From positions 8,480,739 to 8,518,298 of the forward strand of contig NC_057757.1 in assembly GCF_004010195.1 (NCBI RefSeq): a stretch of DNA of 37,560 nucleotides, read 5' to 3'. Under the pieces are notes generated by a model. It ran no database searches, was not told the origin of the DNA, and saw nothing but the letters and a program-made list of their open reading frames with translations. Each line of letters begins with the position of its first letter. Positions within the stretch are counted from its first letter, which is position 1. The position numbers and the translations under genes were made by a program. Shown here piece by piece: positions 25,201 through 35,709 of this stretch. This DNA comes from Chiloscyllium plagiosum (taxonomy: Eukaryota).

Positions 25201-26732
25201 GGGCATGTTATTTTTACTGTTCCTCTGTTCCTCAGCTTCCAGGCATTCGGGCATGTTATTTTTTCCTGTTCCCCAATTCCTCAGATTCCAGAGAGCTGGG
25301 CATGTTGTTTCTACTGTTCCTCAGTTCCTCAGATTCCTGGGTGCTGGGCTTAATGTTTTTACTGATCCTCTATTCATCATGTTCCAGGGACGTGGGTTAT
25401 TTTTTACTGTTCCACAGTTCCTCAGGTTCCAAGGAGCTGGGCATGTTCGTTTTACTGTTCCCCAGTTCCTCAGATTACAGTCAGCTTGGTCTGTTGTTTT
25501 TCTTTTTTCATTGTTCCTCAGAATACAGCAAGCTGGACATGTTGTTTTTACTGTTCATCAATTCCTGATATTCGAGGGAGCTGAGAATGTGTTTTTTTCT
25601 CTGTTCCACAGTTCCTCAGATTAGAGGCAGCTGTGTAATTGTATCTTCCTGTTCCATATTTCCTCTGATTCCAGGGAGCTGTGCATGATCTTTTACTGTT
25701 CCACAGTTCCTCAGATTCCAGGGAGCTAGGCATGTTGTTTCCGTGTTCCACTGTAGTGGAACAGTAAGAACAACAGGCCTAGCCTTCTAGAATCTGAGGA
25801 AACTTAGAACAGGAAAACAACAGTGGAGCTGTGCCTATTAATTTTTCCTGTTCTGGTATTTCCACAGATTCCAGTGAGCTAGGCATGATGTTTTTTCTGT
25901 TCCACCATTCCTTGGATTCCACGGAGCTAGTCATAATGTTTTCCCTGTTCCACTGTTGCACAAATTCTGTGACTTGAGGCATGTTGTGATTACTGTTCCA
26001 CAGTTGCTCAGTTACCAGGGAGCTGTGCATGTTGTTTTCACTGTTCTCCAGTTCCTCAGATTCCAGAGATCTGGCCATGTTATTTTTGCTGTTCCAAAGT
26101 TCCTCAGGTTCCAAGGAGCTGGGCATGTTGTTTTTACTGTTCCACAGTTCGTCAGATTCCAGGGAGTTGGGCAGTTTTTTTTTTACTGTTCCACAGTTCC
26201 TCAGATTCCATGGATCTGGGCATGATGGTTTTCTTGTTCCACTCTTACACAAATTCTGTGAGTTGAGCATGTTGTGTTTACTGTTCCGCAGTTCCTCAGA
26301 TTTCAGCGAGCTGTGCATGTTCTTTTTACTGTTCCACTGTTGCTAAGATTCCCTGAGGTGGGCATATTGGTTTTCCTGTTTAAAACTTTCTCAAATTCCT
26401 GAGAGTTGGGCATATTGTTCTTTCTGTTCCAAAGTGCCTCATATTCCAAGGACCTGGGCATATTGTTATTACTGTCCCACATTTCGTCTGATTCCAGGGA
26501 GCTGTGCATGCTCTTTTTACTGTTCCACTGTTGCTAAGATTCCCTGAGGTGGGCATATTGTTTTTCCTGTTTAAAACTTTCTCAAATTCCTGAGAGTTGG
26601 GCATATTGTTCTTCCTGTTCCACAGTGCCTCATATTCCAAGGACCTGGGCATATTGTTATTACTGTCCCACATTTCGTCTGATTCCAGGGAGCTGTGCAT
26701 GCTCTTTTTACTGTTCCACTGGTGCTCAGATT

Positions 26733-26907
26733 CCATGAACACCAACTAGTCATGAAACGACGCGACCAGCTATCCTTAGTAGCCACACACGCAGATGACA
26801 AGCAACATGAATTCGACTGGGACACGAAACATCTGCAACACAAATTCCCAGCTCGGCGAACTGAACCACAACAACGAGCACCCGAGCTACAAATCTTCTC
26901 ACAAACT
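26733..26907 (+). mobile_element. Penelope-like fragment (GIY-YIG C-terminal part fused to the element 3' end) inserted in the satellite
   Basis: Translates HEHQLVMKRRDQLSLVATHADDKQHEFDWD, then jumps to cgaaacatctgcaacacaaattcccagctcggcgaac. Confidence 0.75.
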
Positions 26908-27796
26908 ATGATGTATTTACTGTTCCACAGTTCCTCAGAATCCAGGGAGCTGGGCATGTTTTTTTTTACTGTTCCATAGTTCCTCAGATTCCATGCGACT
27001 GTGCATGATGTTTTTCTTGTTCCACTCTTGCACAAATTCCGTGAGTTGAGCATGCTGTGTTTAATGTTCCACAGTTCCTCAGATTCCAGCGAGCTGGGCA
27101 TGTTCTATTTATTGATCCACAGTTCCTCAGATTCCAGGGTTCTGGACATGTTGTTTTTCTTGTTCCACTGTTGCTCATGGTCCAGGGAGTTGGGCATTTT
27201 GACTTTACTTTTCCTCAACTCCTCAGATTCCAGGGAGCCGTGCATGTTGTTTTTACTGTTCCACAGTCCAGGGAGCCGTGCATGTTGTTTTTACTGTTCC
27301 ACAGTTACTGAGATTCCAGGGAGCTGGGCATGTTGTTCTTTCTGTTCCAGCATTTCCTCAAATTCCAGGGAGTTGAGCATATTGTTTTTACTGTTCCACT
27401 GTTCCTCAGATTCCGGGGAGCTGGGAATTTTGTTTTTGGTTTTCCTCAGTTCCTCAGATTCCAGGGAGCTGGACATGTTTTTTTTTCGTGCCATTTTGGC
27501 ATTTCGTCTGATTGCTGAGAGCTGGGCATGTTGTTTTTCCTGTTCTCCTGCTGTTCAAATTCCATGAGTTGAGCATGTTGTGTTTACTGGTCCACAGTTC
27601 CTCAGATTCCAAGCAGCAGTGCATATTGTTTTTTTGTTCCACATTGTAAGAAGATTGAAATTTGGTCATCTTGTTTCAAAGGTGAAAGAAAGGTGAGGAA
27701 GAATGGACTGGCACTGCATGTGGATTATGGTGCCCCAGCGGTGCACGTGCAGATGAATTCTGGAATAGTGACTTGGACTGGGCACTGTCACCTGGG

Positions 27797-28097
27797 TGTG
27801 CTCAGTGGTTAGCACTGGTGCCTTACAGTGTCAGGGACCTGGGTTCGATTCCTCCCTCAGACAACTGTCTGTGTGGCGTTTGCACATTCTCCCCGTGTCT
27901 GTGTGCGTTTTCTCTGGTTTCCTCCCACAGTCCGAAGATTTGCGGGTCAGGTGAATTGGCCATGTTAAATTGCCCATAGTGTAAGGGGCATTAGTCAGGG
28001 TTAAATATAGGGTCTGGGTGGGTTACTCTTCAGAGGGTCAGTGTGGACTTGTTGGGTTGAAGGGCCGGTTTCCATACTGTAGCAATCTAACCTAAAA
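27797..28097 (+). mobile_element. HE1-type V-SINE, near full length
   Basis: gctcagtggttagcact A box, GGTTCGATTCC B box, V-domain core, CR1-like 3' end and aatctaacctaa tail. Confidence 0.9.
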
Positions 28098-28530
28098 CCT
28101 GTGTGGGTGTCAGCAGCCATTTTGGCATTTGGTGCAATTACTTGGATCTCCTCTTTACAAACATCCTATGCTTGAAGCACACCATGTCCCAAATTACAGT
28201 CTACTGTCTCCTGAATTATTATTACATTTAATTTCAGGAGATGAGTGTTTCAAAGCCCTATTCTTTGCTTTCGGCATCTTTCAGGGCTAGCCCACTTAAC
28301 TGGGTTTTTGCTCACTTTCTTAAAATTATAGTCCCAGATTTTAAAAGGAGAGTACGAATAGTGGATTTTAAAGTGGTGAAGACCCAGGTAGGGCCTGGTT
28401 TAAATTAAAAACTCCTTGAGGCCTGGGATTGAAAGTTTGATGTCTGATTTTAAGCTTCTCATCAGGTTTTATTCACACAGGCCGCTGGCTACCAGTGGAA
28501 GGAGAGGCTTGGAGGCAGTAGTATATTGTG

Positions 28531-28753
28531 CTGAAAATGTGTTGCTGGAAAAGCACAGCAGGTCAGGCAGCATCCAAGGAACAGGAGAATCGACATTTCG
28601 GGCATGAGTCCTTCTTCAGGAATTATTCCTGAAGAAGGGCTCATGCCCGAAACGTCGTTTCTCCTGCTCCTTGGATGCTGCCTGACCTGCTGCGCTTTTC
28701 CAGCAACACATTTTCAGCTCTGATCTCCAGCATCTGCAGTCCTCACTTTCTCC
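28531..28753 (+). mobile_element. Palindromic Penelope-derived mini-element (94-bp inverted arms) with a 15-bp TSD and hammerhead cores on both strands
   Basis: Arms are 28530-28623 and 28625-28718 (5 mismatches, 1-nt spacer). The TSD cagtagtatattgtg is at 28516-28530 and 28754-28768. The core CTGAAGA-AGGGC-TCAT-GCCC-GAAAC-GTC is at 28629-28656. Confidence 0.9.
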
Positions 28754-29671
28754 CAGTAGTATATTGTGGTCAATGGTTTTAACATAGCAGGAAGGTCAGG
28801 AATTAGGACGCTGAATGCACACTTATTCCTCTGAAGGAGTTCCAACCAAAGCAAATGTTGAACCTTGCTTTTTGCTGGGAAATATTGTACGGGACCCAGC
28901 TGACCTGAATCTAATATTATGTAATCTTTTGAGAGGACTTGCCTGTAAGATGTGAGATAATTTTTGAGAAAATGATTTATTTTTAAATGGAGGGTATTGG
29001 GGCTGTACCACTGGAATTGATAATTGAAACTGAGATTATGACTACTTTTTAGGAATAGATTAACATGGGTGCTGAAAGGGATGAGGGAGCCGCATCTGGC
29101 CATCGCTTCAAAACGAACACTTTCATGAGGGAGAAGTTCTAACATGGTCTGGGATGAACTGTCTATTTTTCCTGCTCCAATTCGATTAATCAAATGAAAT
29201 AGTGAAAGATCTTCTTTGTGGGAGAATGTCTATTTAATGTAACTTTGGAAGATCCGATTTTAGCCTGTTAATAGCTTGAGTTCTCTGGATATATAAAGGT
29301 CCAGTCTGTGGTACTGCAAAGAGGCAATCTTGCATCTGCTTCAAAACAAACAGGCATTGAACCTCCTGCTGTTGGTCAGTGTAGATCAGATTGGTACCAT
29401 CTATCGGTTGAGCCATTCAGCCTCTAAGGGGTCAGAGTTGCTGTGCAAACACACATTTTTACATTTTTACATGTCTGGAGCTTTGCTAGGGATAATAGAG
29501 CCTCCAGTTTCTTGCTGTCACATGGCTAAGCTAGAATTTCTTTATTGACGTACATGAGAAGGATTTAAATATCAATGCTCAACCTGCTTGCCTTGTTCTG
29601 AATGTGATCGATCTTCCAAACTGAGAGCGGGACTTTGAACCTGGAGCGTTGGGCTTTGAGCCAGGGACACT

Positions 29672-29820
29672 ATGAACTACAGAACATGAATGAGGAACAA
29701 ATGTAGGCCATTAAGCCCTTCCGACCTGCTCTTCTATTTAGTAAGATCATGGATAATCTGAGTTTAATCTCCACTCTGTTCCTGCATACCACTGACAAAT
29801 CTTTCACTCCTGACCTATGC
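29672..29820 (-). mobile_element. Degenerate CR1-like 3' end
   Basis: agaacat...gtaggccattaagccc...aagatcatggataatctg resembles the minus-strand CR1 tails at 3680-3750 and 4090-4160. Confidence 0.55.
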
Positions 29821-30544
29821 CTACCATTTTGTTACTGTTCAGTATAAATCTCTCTAAATCCATTTTTTTTTTAATTGGCCAGAAAGCAGCATTTTTCTAT
29901 GCAAATATTTGGTGTATATTCTGTCCTCTCTGCTTCTGAAAGTTATACCACTAAATTTGCGCCTTGTCCCCCAGAAGAAAGATTTCGATTATATGTACAG
30001 TTTTGCAACACCTCTGTAACCCCTTGTTTTCACATCTCAAAGGCTTAAACCCAGGGCCATCTTTGAGGTAACAGAAGCATTTGCAGATTGTGGTTTTCAT
30101 TTGAAGCTATTGGTTGTCCTACTACTTTCTATCTTAACATTCAATGATTTGGAACTGTGCTCTCTGTGTAGGCTTTTCTCAAGATTATTCCCTGGTGTGT
30201 ACTGGGCTAGGGTATCCCTGCTAGGGTATCCCTGCTATCGAGGTGATATGTTGCTTGGCCCATCTGAAGAGATGCACCTACATCCCCGAAGAACCACTCG
30301 CTCCTTTCTATGTCAGCCATCACCTTCCACTCCATAAGGGCATATTATGTGATGGCTTCCAATATGCTGTCCTATATGCTTGCCTTTTCCTAAGAGTCAC
30401 ATGTAAGATAGCAGAGGGATCTAAAATTACATAGGGAGAGTGGTCATGCAGGAAAAGATGAAAATTTCCAAGACGACCCTTTCCAAGACTGCTTTTGGAT
30501 ATCTTTTGGCAACAGATTCCCAGGCTATGTGAATCGAACATTTA

Positions 30545-30709
30545 ACTATTCACAATTTAAAAGGCAACTTGGATGAATGTATGAAAAGGAAGGGTTTTGA
30601 GGGATATGGGCTAAGTGCTGGCAAATGGGACTAGATTATGTTAGGGTATCTGGTCAGCATGGACGAGTTGGACTGAAGGGTCGGTATCCATGCTATATGA
30701 CTCTCTATG
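30545..30709 (+). mobile_element. CR1/HER1-like LINE 3' end directly abutting the satellite
   Basis: gagggatatgggc...tggcaaatgggactag...gcatggacgagttggactgaaggg...tatgactctctatg. Confidence 0.8.
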
Positions 30710-33625
30710 GCATTTCTTCAGATTCTAGAAAGCTGGGCCTGTTGTTTTTAACTGTTCTTCAGTTCATCAGATTCCACTGAGCTGGGCATGATGTTTCCCT
30801 GTTCCAACATTGCTCATTTTCTATGGAGTTGGCCATGTTGTTTTTCCTGTTCCACTGTTGCTCAGAGTCCAGGGAGCTGGGCATTTTTTTTAACTGTTCC
30901 TCAGTTCATCAGATTCCAGGGAGTTCGGCATGGTTATTTTACTGTTCCACAGTTCCTCAGATTCCAGGATGCTGGGCATGTTATTTTTTCCTGTTCTGCA
31001 GTTTGTTGGATGTCAGTTAGCGGCATCAAACGTTTGGACAAGTTCCTCATGTTCCAGGGGCTTGGGCATGTTGTCTTTGCTGCTACTCAGTTCGTCAGAT
31101 TCCAGTGAGCTGTGCATATTGTCTTTTCCTGTTCTGGCATTTCCTCAGGTTCCAGAGAGCTGGGCATGGTGTTTTTACTGTTTCACAGAACTACAGATTC
31201 CAGGTAGCTGGGCATGTTGTTATTTTTCCTGTTCCGGCATTTCCTCAGATTCCAGGGAGTTGATCATATTGTTTTTACTGTTCCACAGTTCCTCTGATTC
31301 CAGGGAGCTGGGCATGTTGCTTTTTTCGTGTTCTGGCATTTCCTCTGATTCCTGAGAGCTGGGCATGTTGTTTTTCCTGTTCCACTGCTGCTCAAATTCA
31401 ATGAGTTGAACATGTTGTGTTTACTGTTCCACAGTTCCTCAGATTACAAGGAACTGTGCATGTTGTTTTTTTGTTCCAAATTTCCACAAATTCTAGAAAG
31501 CTGGACCTGTTGTTTTTACTGTTCCTCAGTTCATCAGATTCCAGTGAGCCTGCTATGTTGTTTTTCCTGTTCCACTGTTGCTCAGATTCCAGGGAGCTGG
31601 GCATTTTTTTTACTGTTCCACAGTTCCTCAGATTCCAGGGTGGTGGGCATATTGTTTCTACTTTTCCACGGTTCCTCAGATTCCATGGAGCTGGGCATGT
31701 TGTTTTTATCCTGTTCTGGCATTTCCTCAGATTTCAGAGAGCTGGGCATGTTGTTTTTCCTGTTCCATTTTTCCGCAGATTCCAAGGAGCTGTGTACGTT
31801 GTTTTTCCTGTTCCACATTGCCTCAGATTTGAGAAAGCTGGGCCTGTTGTTTTTACTGTTCCACCATTCCTCAGATTCCAGGGAGCTGGGCATGTTGTTT
31901 TTACTGGTCCACCATTCCTCAGATTCCAGGGAGCTGGGCTTGTTGTTTTTACTGCTCCACCATTCCTCAGATTCCAGGGAGCTGGGCATGTTGTTTTTAC
32001 TGCTCCACCATTCCTCAGATTCCAGTGAGCTGGGCATGTTGTTTTTACTGTTCCCCAGTTCCTCAAATTCCAGTGAGCTGGGCTTGTTGTTTTTACTGCT
32101 CCACCATTCCTCAGATTCCAGGGAGCTGGGCATGTTGTTTTTACTGCTCCACCATTCCTCAGATTCCAGGGAGCTGGGCATGTTGTTTTTACTGGTCCAC
32201 CATTCCTCAGATTCCAGGGAGCTGCGCATGTTGTTTTTACTATTTAACAGTTTCTCAGATTCCAGAGAGTTGGGCATATTGTTCTTCCTGTTCTACTGTT
32301 CCTCAGATTCCAGGGAGCTGGGCATGTCATTTTTGCTGTTCCACTGTTGCTTAAATTCAATGAATTGAGCATGTTATATTTACTGCTCAGAGTCCAGGGA
32401 GCTGTGCATGTTCTTTGTACTGTTCCATAGTTCCTCAGATTACAGGGAGCTGTGCATGTTGTTTTTATTGTTCAATAGTTCCTCATATTCCAGAGATCTG
32501 AAATGTTGTTTTCACTGTTTAACATTTTCTCAGATTCCAGAGAGTTGGGCATATTGTTCTTCCTGTTCTGCAGTTCCTCAGATTCCAAGGAGATGGGCAT
32601 GTTCTTTTTACTGTTCCGACATTTCCCCAGATTCCAGGGAACTGGGCATGTTTTTTTCCTGTTCCACTGTTGCTTAAATTCCATACGTTGAGCATGTTGT
32701 GTTTTCTGTTCCAAAGTTCCTCAGATTCCAGGGAGCTTCGAATGTTTTTTTTACTGTTTCACAATTCCTCAGATTCCAAGGAGCTGGGCATGTTGTTTTC
32801 TCTGTTCCACATTTTCTCAGATTCTAGGGCCTCGTTTTTTTTTTACTGTTCCCAGTTTATCAGATTCCCGTGAGCTGGGCATGAAGTATTTCCTTTTCCA
32901 CCATTCCTCAGATTCCACGGAGCTGGACATTTTGTTTTTCCTGGTCCACTGTTGCTCAGATTCCAGGGAGCTGTGCATGTTGTTTTCACTATTTAACAGT
33001 TTCTCATATTCCACAGAGTTGGGCATATTGTTCTTCCTGTTCAACAGTTCGTCAGGTTCCAAGGAGATGGGCATGCTCTTTTGACTGTTCCACGGATCCT
33101 CAGATAACAGGCACTGGGCCTGTTGTTTTTCTTTCTTCACAGTTACTCAGATTCCAGGGAGTTGGGCATGTAGTTTTTAGTGTTCCTCAGTTCCTCAGAT
33201 TCTAAGGAGCTGGGCATATTTCTTTTTCCTGTCCTGGCATTTTCTCAGATTTCAGGGAGCTGGGCATATTGTTTTTACTGTTCCACAGTTCCTCATATTC
33301 CAGGGAGCTGGGAATGTTGCTTTTTCCTGTTCTGGCATTTCCTCAAATTCCAGGGAGTTGGGCATGTTGTTCTTACTGTTCCACAGTTCCTCAGATTCCA
33401 CGGAGCTGGGCATTTTGTTTTTACTTTTCCTCAGTTCCTCAGATTCCAGGGAGCTGGGCTTGTTGTTTTTAATGTTCCATTGTTCCTCAGATTCCAGGGA
33501 GCTGGGCTTGTTGTTTTTAATGTTCCACTGTTCCTCAGATTCCAGAGAGCTGGGCATGTTGTTTTCACTGTTCCACAGTTACTCACATTCCAGGGAGTTT
33601 GTCATGTTGATTTTTCCCATTCCAC
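30710..33625 (+). repeat. 48-bp satellite array, right block (roughly 60 units)
   Basis: Same consensus and orientation as the left block; the most homogeneous run is at about 31850-32220. Confidence 0.95.
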
Positions 33626-33923
33626 ACTTCCTCATGGTCAAGCAAAACTTGTACTTTGTTATGCACAAGGCTGGATAAGGCAAGAGATAAATGACAGTAA
33701 TGGGCGCTGGGTTGAGAGAAAGGGGAGATATAAACAGGGGAGGAGCAATGTAATAAGCAGGGGAGGAGTAAAAGAGAAATGAATTGTATATAAGATATGT
33801 ACTTGCTAAACTCCGTGAGTCTATTTTAGACACCACGCCTGCAAGCATATAATAAACGATACTCCTGCTTCAGATGTTGTCTCGGACTGAAATTATTGAA
33901 GGGGGTGGATTCTATTTCACACA
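33626..33923 (+). mobile_element. 5' LTR of an endogenous retrovirus (U3 apparently truncated by the satellite)
   Basis: TATATAA at 33787-33793, AATAAA at 33851-33856, and a terminal CA at 33922-33923 followed by a 2-nt spacer and the PBS. Confidence 0.75.
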
Positions 33924-33925
33924 AT

Positions 33926-33942
33926 TGGGGGCAATCCTGGAT
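33926..33942 (+). promoter_or_regulatory. Primer-binding site, tRNA-Pro type (degenerate)
   Basis: TGGGGGCAATCCTGGAT versus canonical PBS-Pro TGGGGGCTCGTCCGGGAT (14/18 with one gap). Confidence 0.75.
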
Positions 33943-34349
33943 ATCTTCCATTGCTGGGAGGGAGTGGCTGGCCATGGACACTGAGAAGATGTGTCCCGTT
34001 CCCGGTTGAGGAGTGGTCTCATGTCTTGGGTTGGTCCGTTCCCTTGGGTGACTGATAATAATCCTTGAAAGGAGACATCTGAACCACGTAGTGGGGAGAG
34101 TAAAGCTGACTCTGAACACGGAGAAGGGCCAGGCAACTCCGTGCACGGACCAAATAAGGAAAATTGACTATTAAGTACTGCTTTGGTTGCTGGGATTAAG
34201 TTTTAGTAGCTAATAACGAAGAAACTCATTATTGCCTGTGCCATGGGTAAAGAAAGTGCCTCCAGGAAAAAAAAAACAAATGGAAATGGAGGCGGGTCCC
34301 TGACAACAAACCTTGGGAGGGAAAGTCCTTTGGGAGGGATGTTCCTCTC

Positions 34350-34421
34350 GGTTTGATTGGGGTTAGAGTCCCCTGGGTTTGAGTGGGGTTAGAGTGCCCT
34401 GGGTGTGATTGGGGTTTGAGT
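34350..34421 (+). repeat. 26-bp tandem repeat (about 2.8 copies) between the two gag-like starts
   Basis: ggtttgattggggttagagtcccctg / ggtttgagtggggttagagtgccctg / ggtgtgattggggtttgagt. Confidence 0.8.
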
Positions 34422-34896
34422 TAGAATTGCCTTGGTGACTGGGAGTGTGATACCTGTCAAATTAAGGTACTTGTGGGTTGACCACTATGGGAGGCAAAGG
34501 ATGCAAAAATGAGGCGCCTGGGATAAAGGGTAAAGAAGTCCAAGAGGACATCCCTCCAGCAAGTCCACAGTTGGCACGGATGTTGAAAAAATTGGAAAAA
34601 ATAAAACTTGTACAAGGGAAAAAGATATGTATGGACTTTGTCTTGCCGAAGTATGGATCAGACGAAGACTGGGATTGTAAATATTTGAATTTATATGCCA
34701 ACGGACAACAGCCTTTCTGTCAGGAGGGATCAGATTATGCTTCATGTCGGAAGGGCTAGTAGCTGAAGGGCTACTAAGGGTACACTTTGTAACTAAATCA
34801 TGGCCAGACATCCAGAAAAAAATTCAAAAGATAGAGGGGTGAAGCGAGAAGCCTCCAGAGGAGTTGCTGCTGGAAGCACAGAAAGTGTCTGTGAGA

Positions 34897-35709
34897 TACG
34901 GTGTGTGTGTGCGAAAGAGACAGAGAGAGAAAAGAGAGAGAAAAGAGTTGTACAGCTGGTAGAAAGTTTAACCATTTGTGATTTGGTTTGAATGCACATT
35001 TGTTTGTTGGTGATTGAGTGTTTGTGCTTTGTTCCCTGGAGCTTGAGATCTGTTTTGAATCTGATTTCTATTTTCTATTACGGAAATATAACATGATTTC
35101 TTCTAAGGTTAAGGATTTTACAGTGATTATGAAATAAAATGTTAACTCCTATTCTTTTTACAGGTCATGACTGCCTTACTATCAGTTTCTGACAAATCTC
35201 TTTCATCCTCACATAAAAGCGATTATTGGAGGACAGTTGAAGTTTCAGTTCAACATTAGATTGTAATTTAAAAAATCCCTATGGTTAATATCTGTGACTT
35301 CGATTCGGTCATTATTCATGTATTAGAAGTTTTTTTTAACTTGAATAGACCAAATCCTTTTAAGACAGCTCCGGTTAATTCACGACTTTTAACATTGCAA
35401 TTGAGCAATGATTGGTCAGAAATACTTAAGAAAACTAATTTTGGATTTAAACTAAGCGACTAAAACTGGGTAATTATAGTGGATTTCAAAGTTGGGAACT
35501 GTATGCATTTTACATTTTTAATATTAAATACTGAATAAATGAATTTATAACATATAAATATATTTTTATAAGTAAGGTTCCAAAATGTATAGTTAGGAAA
35601 AGTTAGACAAGCATAAATTGATGAATTGGTATTTGAAGTCATAGAGAGCAAGAAATATTGCAATATTTCTTTTAAAAAATCAAGGTCTAAACAAACATCT
35701 GGCAACGTA
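34897..35709. mobile_element. AT-rich ~810-bp insertion in gag, possibly a non-autonomous hAT-type DNA transposon remnant
   Basis: It separates colinear gag peptides (EAQKVSVR | EKQKQ). The right end ATCTGGCAACGTA resembles hAT-type ...ATCTGGCAACCCTA termini; the left end has only TACGGTG followed by a GT/GA microsatellite. Confidence 0.4.

Larger units (their letters stand above)
15638..27645 (+). repeat. 48-bp satellite array, left block (roughly 240 units)
   Basis: Consensus TTCCACAGTTCCTCAGATTCCAGGGAGCTGGGCATGTTGTTTTTACTG, with units starting at 15801 and 15849 for example. The ORF track shows 16-aa periodicity. Confidence 0.97.

Noticed and set aside
28714..29548. ORFs 28714..29193, 29234..29416 and 29330..29548 as possible host exons
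   Set aside because: No recognisable domain or consistent splice chain; part of the first derives from the Penelope element.
30208..30238. 14-bp tandem duplication ctagggtatccctg x2
   Set aside because: An isolated slippage-type duplication with no supporting context.
31406..32368. 320-aa repetitive membrane-like ORF and the many other ORFs in the satellite
   Set aside because: Five frames of the 48-bp unit are stop-free, so overlapping ORFs arise on both strands. Frequent 1-bp indels in T runs show no frame preservation.
15638..33625. CRISPR-like regular repeats
   Set aside because: These are head-to-tail diverged 48-bp units with no unique spacers, no cas genes and a vertebrate context; this is a satellite.
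34350..34421. Interstitial telomeric repeat
   Set aside because: ggggttagag is only superficially TTAGGG-like; the period is 26 bp.
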